DNA of 64,000 nucleotides from Mobula hypostoma (GCF_963921235.1 NC_086120.1:8618001-8682000), one strand, 5' to 3'. Shown: positions 24,490 through 37,900, numbered from the stretch's first letter. Translations and numbers: made by a program. Notes: generated by a model from the letters alone, not told the origin.

Positions 24490-24950
24490 GTGATTTGCCG
24501 CAAACTACAATCGCAGATTAAATGGTCCGGGTTCCGAACAACAGTAGGTCCTCCTATCCGCGGGAGGCGCTGCAGTTGCCTCCGGGTTAAAGCGGGCGCT
24601 GTAGGTACTCCGATTCGCGAGAGGCGCTGCAGTTGCCTCCGGGTTAAAGCGGGCGCTGTAGGTACTCCGATCCGCGGAAGGCGCTGCCTCTCTGCGGGTT
24701 CAGGATGATCATTGCGGCCGCGGCTGCCTTGTCGCGAGATGAAATTGAATGTATTAGCCACTTGTCAGCGATATTCCGGTCGTGATTAACACCCCCCTCG
24801 CACCGAACAGAATCGCCAAAAACGATTTATAGAAAAATCAATGCGTGCAGGTCACGCATGCGCACTGGTTCCCGCGCAAGGCTTTTTGGTCATTGTAGTC
24901 TTACTGGTAAACACAACGTATTTGACTGCTACTCTTGTCCGTTGTACTCC
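24490..24950. mobile_element. hAT-related remnant with GC-rich 57-bp tandem repeat
   Basis: 24735-24945 matches 21808-22035. 57-bp units start at 24544, 24601 and 24658 (2.5 copies). Confidence 0.65.
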
Positions 24951-24959
24951 CCCTCGCAG

Positions 24960-25332
24960 CCCATCCGTTATTTATTTATATACACACATTCTTTTTCTCT
25001 CTCTCCTTTTTCTCCCAATGTCCCTCGCACTATACCCCTTCCCCATCCATGGGTTTCCCCCCACTCCCACTTTTCTTTCTCACTAGGCCTCTTGTCCCAA
25101 GATCCTCTCATATCCCTTTTGCCTATCACCAGTCCAGCTCTTGGCTCCATCCCTCCCCCTCCTGTCTTCTCCTATCATTTTGGATCTCCCCCTCCCCCTC
25201 CCACTTTCAAAACTCTTACTAACTCTTCCTTCAGTTAGTCCTGACGAAGTGTCTCAGCCTGAAACGTCCACTGTACCTCTTAGAGATGCTGCCTGGCCTG
25301 CTGCGTTCACCAGCAACTTTGATGTGTGTTGC
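24960..25332 (+). mobile_element. Penelope-like terminal repeat with hammerhead-like core
   Basis: Pyrimidine-rich body, then AGTC-CTGACGA-AGTGTCTCAGCCT-GAAAC-GTC (25237-25268). Confidence 0.75.
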
Positions 25333-28300
25333 AGTCAAAGTTTCAGGCCAAGTTCCTTTGGCAGGACTGGAGAAAAAGATAATGAGTCAGAGTGGAGGGG
25401 GGAGAGGGGTGAGATAAAGATTTGGGAGGTCGACTGGTGAAAGAGGTACAGGGATGGAAAAGTTGGAATCTAATAGGAGAGGACAGAAGGCCATGGAAAA
25501 AAAGAAAAACGGAGAGGAGTACCAGATGGAGGCAATAGGCAGGCAAGGAGATAAAGTGAGAGAGAGAAATGGAAATTGGTTATAGAGAAGGGAGGAGAGG
25601 AATTACCAGAAGTTTGAGAAATCGATGATTATGCCATGAAGTTGGAGGCTACCCAGATGGAATATAAGGTGCTGCTCCTCCAACCTGAATGTGGCCTCAT
25701 CACGACAACAGAGGAGGCAATAGATGGACATGTCGGAATAGGAATAGGAAGTGGAATTAAAATGGATGGTCACGAGGAGATCACGCTTTTTCTGGTGGAC
25801 GTAGGTGCTCGGCGAATTGGTCTCCCAATCTACGTCGGGTCTTACCGATATGCAAGAGGCCAGACCGGGAGCACCAGATACAATAGATGTCCACAATAGA
25901 CTCAAAGATCAACTGTTGCCTCACCTGGAAGGACTGTTTGGGGCCCTGAATGGTAGTGAGGCAGGAAGTGTTGGCCAGGTGTAGTACTTGTTTCATTTGC
26001 AAGGGCAAGGGCCAGGAGGGAGATCAGTAGGGAGGGATGACTGGACAAGGAAGTCACGTGGGGAGTGATCTCTGCGGAAAGCAGAAAGTGGAGTGGCTGG
26101 GATGGAAAAATATGCTTGGGGTTGGTATTCCATTGGAGATGGCGGAAGTTTGGAGAATTATGTGCTGGACATGGAGGCTGGTGCAGTGATAGTTGAGGGT
26201 AAGAGGAGCCCTATCCCTGGAAGGGTGGCTGGAGGATGTGGTGAGGGCAGACGTTCACAAAATAGAAGAGATGCAGTTCTGGAATGAAAAGCTTCATCCT
26301 GAGAGCAGATGTGACAGAGAGGAAGGAATTGAAAGAAGGGATAGCATTTCTACAAGAAACAGGGTGGGAAGGGGTACAGTCCAGGTAGCTATGACAGTCA
26401 GTAGGTTTGTAATAGACATCCATGGATAATCTGTTTCCAGAGATAGGGACAGAGAGGTTGAGAAAGAGAAGGGAGGTGTCAGAAATGTACCAGATAAATT
26501 TGAGCGTACGGTGGAAGATGGAGGCAAAGCTGATGAAGTTGACTAGTTATGCTTGGGTGCAGGAAGCAGCACCAATGCAGTCGTCAATGTAGCATAGGAA
26601 AAGTAGGGAGTTACACCAGTGTAGGCTTGGAAAATAGCCGATTTCATGTAGCTGACAAAAAGGCAAGCACAGCTGGCACCCATGCGAGTACCCATGGCTA
26701 TACCTTTTATCTAAAGGAAGTGGGAGGAGCCAAAGGAGAAATTATTGAGAGTGAGGATATTCCGCTAGACGGAGGAGAGTAGTGGTGGAGGGGAATTAGT
26801 TGGGTCTGGTGTCCAGAAAGAACTGGAAAGATTTGAGGCCTTCCTGGTGCAGGATGGAGGTGTATATGGACTGGACATCCATGCTGAAAATAAAATGCTC
26901 GGGGCCGGAGAACTTTAAATCATTGAAAATATCAAGAGCATGTGAAGTGTCATGGATGTAGGTAAGAAGGGACTGAACTGGGGGATAAAACAGAGTCGTG
27001 GTTTGCAGATATGAGTTCAGTGGGGCAGGAGCAAGCTGAAACAATGGGTCTACCTCAACAGGCAGGTTTGTGGATCTTGGGTAGAAGTTAGAAACTGGAG
27101 GTGTCAGGTGAAGGAACTATGAGGTTGGTGGCAGTGGATGGGAGATCCCCAGAGCCAATAAGGTCAGTGATGATGTGGGAGACAATGGCAGGGTGCTCTT
27201 TACTGGGATCCTGCTCGAGGGGTAAGTAAGTGGATGCTTCTGAAAGTTGATGCTGGGCCTCCGAAAGGCAGATGTCAGTCTGCTAAGTTACTTCACTTAC
27301 CCTTTTATCTGCAGGTTTGATGGTGAGGTTAGGATTTTTGCAGAGGGAGTGGACAGCAGTGCGTTCAGAAGGAGTGAGGTTGGAATTGGAGAGACGGGTG
27401 GTGAATTTGACACCATCAATCTCTCATCAGCAAATGGTAAAGAGCAGATAGAAGACCGAAGCAGGGTATCCAGGAAGAGGAGGTGGGTTGAAGTCAGGAG
27501 AAGAAGTCATCCGTGTGGGGTGGAGAGTCCTCGCTAAAGAAGTAGGCTCAGAGACAGTGGAGGTGGTGGAAGAAAAGCTCAGTGTCATGACAGGCATGGA
27601 ACTCACTAAGGTGGGCCCAGGGAGACAAAGGTGAAGCCCTTACTGAGGACAGAACATTCTGTTTCTGAGAGCAGAAGGTCAGAGGGGATGGTGAGCACCC
27701 AGCATGAATAAGAGCAGGGATTAGAGGGGGGAAGGTGGTTGGTAGTGTCAAAAGAAAGGGGAGGGTTGGGTTTTCAAGGAATATGGGGTGAGTTGAAGAT
27801 GGAGCCTCCAAGGGCCCAAAAGCCTAAGAGACGTGGGATTGCAGAGTATTGGTGTGAGGAGTGGAGATGGCGGGGTTCCAGCAGCAGTGCATAAAGACCT
27901 GGTCTGGAGGTCAAGGCTGGAGTCAGTGGTAGCAGAGGTCACAGTCTGGAGACATCTGTGTCTACCAGGGTGGGAGACGGCTGGTTCTGTGCTCTGTAAT
28001 TAGGCAATCTTCTGATCCTTGCAGAATGTGAGAAAGTCAAAGAACTGGCAATTGAAAGCATGGATCCAGCAGAGGATAAAGTAATGGACAGGTCCATCAC
28101 AGGTGGCAGAGAGAGAATCCTGGAGTTTTGAAAGTGACTGAGAAAGGGACCACAGGTACCTCTTTATGGTGGAAAACATGGCACATAGAATGCAGTGGGA
28201 GAAGCAGTCAATTGAATGTGAGTACCTAGGGTCCTCAGAGGGTCCAAATCAAAAGCTTGAAAATGACTCTGGAAGCCATGTGATGCAAGCTGGCAGCAGA

Positions 28301-28440
28301 GACATGTTTCCAGGAAGGATACGTGGCTGTGCTAGTGGGTCTGGGTGAGCACATAGTCGAAGAGTCGGAGGGCAGCAGAGATCACAGAGGAGGAGTAGTG
28401 AGAGAGGCTTTCATAGAAGTCTTGTCGAAGGGAGGATTTA
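25333..28440 (-). mobile_element. Penelope-like element (RT + GIY-YIG), decayed
   Basis: Minus-strand fragments FIFSMDVQSIYTSI (PLE RT) and IYCIWCSRSGLLHIGKTRRRLGDQFAEHLR (GIY-YIG). Confidence 0.88.
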
Positions 28441-28494
28441 AACTTCTTCAGAGCAGGCATTCCTGGGAGAGACTTCACACTGCAGTAATCCAAT

Positions 28495-29220
28495 CACAAA
28501 CAAGAGAAAATCTGAAGATGTTGAAAATCCAAGCAACACACACAAAATGCTGGAAGAATTCAGCAGGCCAGGAAGCATCGATGGAAAACATCTATGTTTC
28601 AGGCCAAGATCCTTCGGCAGGACTGGAGAGAAAAAAAATGAGTAGTCAGAGTTAGAAGGTGAGGTGAGGAGAGAGAGAAACACAAGGTGATAGCTGAAAC
28701 TAGGAAGTTGGGAGGGAGGGAGGGGTGAAATAAAGAGGTGGGAAGTTGATTGGTGAAAGAGTTACTGGGATGGAGGTGCAAATCTAATAGGAGAGGGCAG
28801 AGGGCCATGGAAGAATGAAAAAGGGGGAGGAGTACCAAATGGAGGCAAGAGGCAGGCAAAGAGATAAGATGAGAGAGAGAAAACTGAGAATGGGTTATAG
28901 AGAAGGGAGAAGGGGAATTACTGGAAGTTTGAGTGATCGATGTTCATGCCATCAGGTTGCAGTCTACCCAGATGGAATAGAAGGTGTTGCTCCTCCAACC
29001 CGAATGTGGCCTCATCATGACAGTGGAGGAGGTCATGGATGGTCATGTCAGAATGGGAATAGCAAGTGGAATTAAAATGGATGGCCTCTGGGAGATCACA
29101 CTTTTCCTGGTGGATGGAGCATAGCTGCTCGGCAAATTGGTCTCCCAATCTACATCAGGTCTTACTGATATACCAGAGGCCTCATCAGGAGCACCGGATA
29201 CAATAGGTGTCCCCAACAGA
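28495..29220 (-). mobile_element. Second Penelope-like 3' segment / terminal repeat
   Basis: Collinear with 25340-25900; includes GDQFAEQL and a degenerate hammerhead core at ~28593-28626. Confidence 0.85.
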
Positions 29221-31114
29221 TTCCTCTGAACGTTCAGTTGCATTTTCTACAAGATCACCAATGAGTGCAGAATGCAACTACACACAAATAGATCGAGAGA
29301 CCCTCTTTCTAGAATGGGGTATAAAGAAAATCCACCACTACTTCCATGGACCACAGTTTCAGCTAGTGACAGATCACCAGCTCTTTGTGTCCACTTTCAA
29401 TCCCAGGAAGGGAATTCCAGTGATGTCTGCTACCCAGTTACAATGTTGGGCTCTGTTCCTGGTAGCTCACTCTTATGGCATGGAGTTCAAGGGTGCCAAA
29501 GAACACAGCAACACTGAAAGCTTGTCATGTCTTCCACTGTTGTTACCTGATCCAGCAGAAGTGTTCCAAACAGCATTAGTGGACCAATTACCGGTAACAA
29601 ATTTGAAAATACAAAGAGAAACAAGAAACCCGACATTGTCAAAAATCCATGACATCACCATGCAAGGATGGCCAGCTCATGATAATCTGACATTCCCAAA
29701 GTTCTCAGTGAGACCAGACCAATTGTCAATATGTCAAAGAACGCTGATGTGTGGATCTCATGTAGTGGTTGCCTCTAAACTGTGCACCAGAGTGTTAGAG
29801 AATCTGTGTGAAGGACACCTGATACAGTCAAGATGAAGGGTCTTGCCCGGAACTGCATGTGGTGGCTGGGAATAGATAAACAGACTGAAGACTTGGCCAA
29901 AAGCCATTCAGGATCCCAAAAAGTTCAAAATGTGCCACCACAGGCACTGTACACCCAGGGACTGGCCGTCATCACCATGGCATATTGACATTGCTGGGCC
30001 ATTCATGGATTTCATGTTTCTGATTGCTGTGGATGCTCATACGAAGTGGCCTGAAGTCATACCAATGAAGTCAACCACCTCAGAAAGGACTGTTTCCACT
30101 CTGAAGACTATCTTCACCATAAACAGCTTATCAGAAAAAATTGCGAGTGACAACAGACCACAAAACAGGTTAGAAGAGTGTAGACAATTTGTGAAGAAAA
30201 AATAGCGTCAAACATTTGTAGTCAGTTCATCACCACTCGTCAATGAATGGGTTAGCTGAAAGTGTTATCCAAACCTTCAAGAAGTCCATTAAAGCGATGG
30301 TCAAGGAGGACACTTCTCTACAGCACGAGGCAGACAATTTCTTTATTGTGTATCAGAACTCTAGTCATGTGACAACAAATCAAATACTAGCGCTGTTCAT
30401 GAGCAGGAGTCTGAGATCTCACACAAACTTCCTGAAACCAGATCTACAGAAGGAAGTGCAGAATAACCAGTTCAACCAGTTGTCAGTTGAATCAGCAAAG
30501 AGCCTTGAGTTTGGACAGGAAGTCCGAGCACGTGATTACTGAGAGGACAAATGGAGAGCTGGTAGGATAGCTCCAAGAACTGGACCACTGATGTACACAG
30601 TAGATGTTGGAGATCAGTCATGGAGATATCATGTGGGCCAGATACTGGATGCTCAACCAAAGAGCACATTGGAGTCAATTGCATCCAACAAGATGGACAC
30701 ATTACAGCCACTGGACTTACCTCTTAGTGATGATCATGTCACCGACAGCAATGTGACACCGGCAACCGAAAATGTTGTCTTTGACACAAAACCGACAAAC
30801 CGACAAACCCGATGTCACTCTACCGGTCCAAGAATGTTATCATTGACAAGACACTTGCCAAACCGAATGCCACCCATAGGTTCAGAGGCACTATCCCGAA
30901 AAAAAAACAGGCCGACACCCAAAAGACTGTATCTTTAGTGAAGTTAGTTACGGACTGTTATTGTGACAGCATGCTTATTTGAAGAAAAGGTAATTGAATG
31001 TTTTGTGTATATATAATTTTATATTAAATTAGTCAAAATGGAGGAGGAAGTGTAATGTATGGATCTATTTCTTTCAGAGCATTGATGCCCCTTAGCACAG
31101 TATATGGACTGTTG
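29221..31114 (+). mobile_element. Degraded Gypsy pol fragment (RNase H-integrase, Mag/K02A2.6-like), with PPT and start of 3' LTR at 31051
   Basis: NYTQIDRE..WGIKK.H.Y..G..F.LVTDHQ; HIDIAGPF...VDAHTKWPEV; AAATGGAGGAGGAAG then TGTAA. Runs into the assembly gap. Confidence 0.8.
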
Positions 31115-31247
31115 NNNNNNNNNNNNNNNNNNNNNNNNNNNNNNNNNNNNNNNNNNNNNNNNNNNNNNNNNNNNNNNNNNNNNNNNNNNNNNNNNNNNNN
31201 NNNNNNNNNNNNNNNNNNNNNNNNNNNNNNNNNNNNNNNNNNNNNNN
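31115..31247. other. Assembly gap (133 N)
   Basis: Run of N. Confidence 1.
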
Positions 31248-34140
31248 ATCTCTCTATCTCTATCTCTGTAGTTGGACAGACACATCTCTCACCATAGGAA
31301 ACATCCTGTCTGTATCTATTCTATCAAGGCTTATCACCCTTTGATAGGTTTCAATGAGGTCACCCCTCATTCATCTGCATTCTAGTGAATATAGGCCCAG
31401 AGCTATAAAACACACTTTGTATGACATGTCATTCAATCCTGGAATCATTTTCATGAACCTCATTTGAACCCTCTCCAGTTTCGCACTTCCTTTCTAAGAT
31501 AAGGGGCCCAAAACTGCTCACAATACTCCAAGACTGGCCTCATCAGTGCTTCATAAACTCTCAACATTACATACTTGCTTTTATATTCTCATCCTCTTAA
31601 AATGATGCTAATATCACATTTGCCTTCCTCTCCACGGACTGAACCTGCAAATGATCCTTTAGGGAATCCTGGACAAGGACTCCCAAGTCCCTTTGTTCCT
31701 CATGTTTTTGTACTTTCACTCATTTTAGGAAATAGTCACCCCTTTCCCTTCTTGTACAAAAGTGCATGACCGTACACTTCCCAACACTGTTTTTCCATCT
31801 GTCACTTTGTTGCCCATTTTCCTAATTTGTTTAAGTCTTTATGTAGCCTCTCTACTTCTTCAATTTTACCTTACCCTCTGCCTATCTTCGTATTATCCTC
31901 AAACTTGGCCACAATGCCAAATCACTGATGCATAACATAAAACAAAGCATTCCCAACAAAGACCCCTATGGAACATAACTAATCACAGGCAGCCAACCAG
32001 AAAAGGCTCCCTTTATTCTCACTCTTGCCCTCCTGCCAATCAGCCATTGCTTTAAGCATGTTAAATAACCTCATGCAAGGCCTTCTGAAAATCTTAGTAC
32101 ACAAAAGCAACCGATTCTCACTTGTCTATACTGCATGTTGTTTCTTCAAAGAATTTCAACAGATTTATCAGGAAGATTTGCCTCTGAGGAAACTATGCTG
32201 ACTACGACCCATTTTATTATGTGCCTCTAAGTACCCTGAGACCTCATCCTTAATAATCGACTCCAATATCTTCCCAATCACTGACATCAGACTAACTGGC
32301 CTATTGCTTCATTTCAGCAGCCTCTCTCCCCTTTTGAACAGTGCAGTGACATTTGCAATTTTCCAGTTTTCCAGAATCATTCTGGAATCAAGTAATTCTT
32401 GAAAGATCATTGCAAGTGTCGCCACCATCTATTCATTCTCCTCTTTCAGAACCCTAGGGTGTACACCATCTTGTCCAGGTGACTTGCCTACCTTCAGACC
32501 TTTCAGTTTCTGAAGAATCTTCTCTCTAGTAAAAGTATCTTCACCCACATCATGTCCGATGACACATGGAATTTCTACCAAACTGCAAGTATCTTTCACA
32601 GTGAAGGCTAATGCAAAATATTTAAACAGTTTGTCCGCCATTTCCTTAGATTCCATTAGTATTTTTTCAGCATCGATTTCCATCAGTCTGATATCCATTC
32701 TCGCCTCTCTTTTGCACTTCATGTTTCTGAAGAAGATATTGGTATCCTCTTTGATATTATTGGCTAGGTTACTTTTATATTCCACCTTTACCTTCCTAAT
32801 GACTTTTTTAGTTGCCTTCTGTTGTTCTTTAAAAGTTTCCCAATTTTCTAATTTCCCACTAACTTTCACTCTATTAGATTCCCTCTCTTTGGCTTTTATG
32901 TTGACTTTGACTTCTCTTGTTGGTACAGTTGTGTCAACTTGCATTCACAATACTTTTTCAGCTTTGGGATGTATATATCCTGTGCTCTCCAAATTGCTTC
33001 CAGAAATTCCACCCATCCTTGTCAGTGTTCTTTTCCAATTAAATCTGGCCAATTCCTCTCTCTCGTGTCTCTGTAATTCCTTTTTCTCGACTGTAATACT
33101 GATACATCTGACTTTGGCTTATACTTCTCAAATTTCAGTGTGAATTCAAACATATTATGATCACTTTCCCCTAAAGGTTCTTTTACCTTAAGCTCTTTAA
33201 TCAACTTTGGTTTATTGCAGAACACTCAGCCCAGAATAACTTATCCCCTGGGGATTCAACCATGAGCTTCTCTAAAAAGACAACTTGAAGGCCTTCTAGA
33301 AATTCCCCCTCTTGGATTACAGCACCAACATGATTTTCCCAATCTATCTGCACATTGAAATCCCCCATGACTACTGTAACATTGTGCTTTTAGCATGCAT
33401 TTTCTATATCCCGTTGCTATTTGTAGACCACATCCTTACAGCTGTTTGCGGGTCTGTGTACAACTCCTATCACGTTCTTTTTACCATTAGCTCTATCCAC
33501 AATGATTCAACACGTTCCAACCTTATATCACCTCTTTACAAAGATTTGGATTTATTTTTAACCAACAGAGCAATGTTGTCTCCTCTGATTCCTGCTGGTC
33601 TTTTCGATACAATGTGTAATCTTGGACATGACACTACCAGTTATAATCTTCTTTCACTCATGATTCATCACACCTGCCAATCTGCAACTGTGTTCCAAGT
33701 TCATCTATCTTATTCTGTATACTGTGCAGATTAAAATATAACACCTTCAATACTGTATTCCACATTTTTGTCCGCTTTTTATGTTGCAACTCATCCTGTT
33801 GACTGCAATTTTCCCCTATCAACAGCTTCTCCTCACTACATATTGCCTCTGTTTGTAAGTCAGCTACCTCATCTTCAGTACTGTCATCCACCTTTGTTAT
33901 GATACTTCTTGCATTGAAATATACACAGATCAGGATGCTAGTCGCACCATGCTCAACCTTCCGATTCCTAACTTTGTCTGAAGTCTTATCAATATTTGCC
34001 TCCACAACCTTTCCAATAACAGTTCTGGCACTCTGGTTCCCGTACCCCTGCAACTCTTGTTTAAGCCGCACTGTGCAGCATTAACAAATCTTCCCACCAG
34101 GATAAAGGTCCCCATCCAGTTCCAGCGCAATCCTTACAAT
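31248..34140 (-). mobile_element. Old CR1 LINE, long (end of ORF1, endonuclease, RT, tail), with internal deletions
   Basis: YFNARSIITKVD, PLGESDHNMFEF, KSPGQDGVHPRVLKE and a CR1 3' end. Confidence 0.85.
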
Positions 34141-34689
34141 CCACCTCATTCTGATCTTGCACCTTATTGTCTACCTGCACTGCATTTTCTCTGCAGCTGC
34201 GACACTTTACTGTGCACTCTGTTATTGTATTTCCTTCTGCTTCCTCAATACACTGTATAATGATACTTCAGTAATTCTGACAATCGTAAACCAATTCTAA
34301 TTCAGAACGCAGTTCAACTTTTGATGACATGAATAGTCCAGAAGTTTGGTGGTAGACCAGTGATACATTTCCAGGTCTAGATGGTTTGCGAGTTGGAGAA
34401 GAGCCTAAAGGTGGTGGTGTTCATCTGGTCTGCTGTATTTGTCCCTCTGGATGGTCTTGCTGCTGGTTTGAGAGGTGCTTCAGAGCAGGTGAGTGAATTC
34501 AGGAAGCAGTTCAACTTTTCATCTCAAGAGTTGTGAGAAATAGGCCCATTCTTATAACCTGCCTCTCTCTGCTTGTACATACAAATCAATTTGCAATAAC
34601 CTTGCTGTTATAACATAATATCTATAACTGAATTACACTGATTCAGTAAATGTTCAAATTAGATTAAGTAGATTACACAATTTTAAAAA

Positions 34690-35640
34690 TTCATTTCTGA
34701 TATCTGGGCATCACTGGCAGGCCCAGTATCCATTCCTCATCCCGTGAGAGATTGGTGATGAACTGTACTCTTGCACTGCTGCTGTCTGGGGGAAGGTGCT
34801 CCCACAGTGACGTCAGAGAGAATGTTGCTGAATATAGGTGGTGGACCAGTGACACATTTCCAGGTCTGGATGGTTTGTAAGTTGGAGGAGAGCCTGCAGG
34901 TGGCGCTGTTCATCTGCAGCTGCTGTACTTGTCCCTCCAGGTGGTCCAGCTGCTGGTTTGAGAGGTGCTTCAGAGGAGGTGGGTGAATAACTGAGTTCAT
35001 CTTCTAGATTTTCCACACAGCTGCTACCATTGGCATCGGTGGAGGGAATGGATATTTTGGTTGATTTTGGAGGTACTAATCAGGAAGGCTGCTGCAGACA
35101 GGATGATGCCGAGCTTCTTGAGAGACCCTGGGACGACACTCATCCAAGTGAGTGGAGAATATTCCATCAAAACTCTGGCTTATGGAATGTATGAAATGAA
35201 AATGCCAGGAGGTGAATCACCCACCATATCATATCCAGCCCTTGACCCAGTCCTGGGGCCATGGTGTTTAGTTAAATAGCCCACATGATTTTTCAGTCAA
35301 TGTAAACTCTCGGGATATATGTAGTAGAGGAATTATCAATTTTAATATCATTGAATGTCAAGGCAAGGTATTTCGATTCTCTGTTCTTGGAGATAGTCAT
35401 TGCCTGACACTATGGGTGCAAATATCACTTGTCACTTATCAGCCCATGACTGAATATTTTGAAGTCTGGATGGTATACAATCTGGGACTGAAACATTTGA
35501 TGAGGGGTTACAAGTGGAACTGAACATATTGCACATGTTAGTGAAAATCCACTTCTGACTTTATGATGGGAGGATGTCAGCGATGAAACAGTTGGGATGA
35601 GGACATTGCCCTGAGGAACTTCTGGCATTCCGGTGAACAC
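34690..35640 (-). mobile_element. Old CR1/L2-group LINE 3' portion
   Basis: Degenerate text typical of a chondrichthyan LINE 3' region (GGCATCACTGGCAGGCCCAG...GGTGCTCCCACAGTG). Confidence 0.55.
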
Positions 35641-35899
35641 AAATTATTCTGCAGATGCTGGAAATCCATCATCCTGTGGTGATGTCTTCATTCTAGGATG
35701 CTTGACATTCCTTTCTACAAAGCATGGCTCCAATTATAGACAAGAGCAGTATAGACAATATGCCAACTCCACCCTCACCATTCTGGGTCTGTCCTGTCCC
35801 AAAAGACTCTCTGGAGGTGAGGGCACAGCGGTGTACTGGTGAGGAAAAGGATCCCTTGGTGTCCTGAGCATTGAATCCAGGCAGAAAGCAGGCTCATAG

Positions 35900-36245
35900 C
35901 ATCAGGTGAAACATGCACAGGGAGAGCTCCTCCTGATTACAATCTCCTGGCCTCCCTCCACTGATGAGTGGATATTCCCCACGTTGAGCAACACAGAGAA
36001 AGTACCGAGAGAAGCACGGACACAGAGTGTTCCTGGGGACTTCAGTGGCCATCAACAACAGTGGTTTGGTCTCACCATCACAGACTGAATTGGCCAAGTC
36101 CTGAAAAGCAGAGCTTCCAGACTGAGCCTCTGGCAGGCAGTGAATAAACAACAGCAGGGAGAAACATGTTGGACCTCAGCCTCACCAATCCACATCTGGC
36201 AGATGCTTCTGTCAATGATCATACTGGTAGAAGTAATCACTCAGT
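35900..36245 (+). mobile_element. Old LINE endonuclease fragment
   Basis: Degenerate PPSTDE..GDFSGHQQ..LDL.LTN..GRS.H motifs across frames. Confidence 0.55.
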
Positions 36246-37406
36246 GGATGTAAATTAGATGGCAGTGGACAGAAACCATATTCTCCAAATCTCTTCATTT
36301 CTATATTCCTCTGATTTCAATGTAAAAGAAACCAAGCTTTGCCAATGTAATGGGGGTGAACTCACTGTCACACAGTAAAACCATCAGGCCTCTTTAACAT
36401 TTCCTTCCCAGGAATTCAGTGAATAAACCTGTGGGATGAAGTTACTCTGGCAACCGACACAGTACAAATTCTGAATCAATTCTTGTTCTCACTGCCATAA
36501 CTCAAGGAGTGCACCAGAGATATTGTCCCTTTAAAGGTCAAGTGTTTGACAGATACTCACAATAATATCAGGTAAAACAGAAAATTATAATTGGATAATA
36601 AAGTAGAAAAGGCAAATGTAAATGTTCTGGGCTGTCCCTCTCCTTAAAATAACAGCTCATTTCCTGCTGGGGCCACAGATGTTCGTTATTTTCACACTCA
36701 GGCAGCAGCTGATCTGAACTGCACGAAAACTTGTTTATTAAATGGCAAGGCAATTTTATTTAGAAATTTAATCATTAAAATGATTTGTGTCTCCCACACT
36801 AACACAGCTGAATAAAGTCAACTTTTCAATGGAATGCTTTCTCATTGTGTAACATTACAGACCTCATCTATTCATAATTTTTTTTTTCCATTTTGATGAA
36901 ACTGATTTGTGGTCGTGTTAACTGATCGGTACAGGCCCAACTCGCAGCAGCCTTTCCTCACTTGATCACCTTTCTGTACTGAAATGAACGCAGCTGGCTT
37001 TCAAAGTACTCTTTTTATTTCAAGGATCTGGAAATCTAGTTTAGGTTTTATCAATGACTGAAATGTAGGCTCTTAATATTCTGCAGTTCATTGATAACAA
37101 GTTGGAGCATTATTGTCATGTAATATTAATATATTAGTACTATTGAAAATATCAGTCTCTATAGAGTGAAGCAGGATCATTTATGGTTTGAACACTGGAA
37201 ACAAACAGTAATATTGTCCAAACAATACCTGAAGTGTTCAGTTGTGTTTACAGTCAGACACCATGTTAAACATTTTGCCGCAGTGTTCTCAGTATAAGGG
37301 GAATGTTTCAGAATCGGAGTCACTGTCATATGTTGTGCTACTTGGTGTTTTGCAGCAGCACCACGTTGCAATCCATAATAATAAAAAACTATGAATTACA
37401 ATTAGG

Positions 37407-37412
37407 TGTGTG

Positions 37413-37465
<53 letters not shown>
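37407..37465. repeat. Compound microsatellite (TA)n(TG)n(TA)n
   Basis: Directly visible. Confidence 0.97.
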
Positions 37466-37466
<1 letters not shown>

Positions 37467-37489
37467 ATTTAATTAAATAAGTTGTGCAA

Positions 37490-37900
37490 AAATAGAGGGA
37501 AAATATACTGCGGTAGTGATCATGAATTCATTGTCCATTCAGAAATCTGCTGGCAGAAGGGAAGAAGCAGTCCCTGAAACATTGAGTGTGTGTGTTCAGG
37601 CTGTTGCACCTCCTCTTTGATAGTAGCAATGAGAAGAGGGTATGTCCTGGCTGATGGGTCCGTAATGATAGATGCCATCTGTTTGAGTCATCATCTTTTG
37701 AATGAAACTGCTCACCCTTTCCAATGCTGATCTCTCAATGAGGACTGGTGTGTGTTCCCTTGATTTCCCCATCCTAAAGTCCAGAATCAACTCCTTGGTC
37801 CTACTGACACTGAGTGTAAGGTTATTGTTGCAATACCTCTCGGTCAGCTTATCCACCTTGCTCCTGTACACCACCTCATCACGATCTTTTCTTCTGTCAC
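37490..37900 (-). mobile_element. Rex1/Babar LINE fragment
   Basis: NNLTLSVSRTKELILDFR motif on the minus strand. Confidence 0.75.

Noticed and set aside
24544-24687. CRISPR-like array (also the 33-bp arrays at 63050-63275)
   Set aside because: Head-to-tail tandem units without unique spacers, inside eukaryotic transposons.
24408-24761. ORF with repeated PRIGVPTAPALTRRQLQRL peptide as a repeat protein
   Set aside because: It is only the translation of the 57-bp DNA repeat, with no start context or splice signals.
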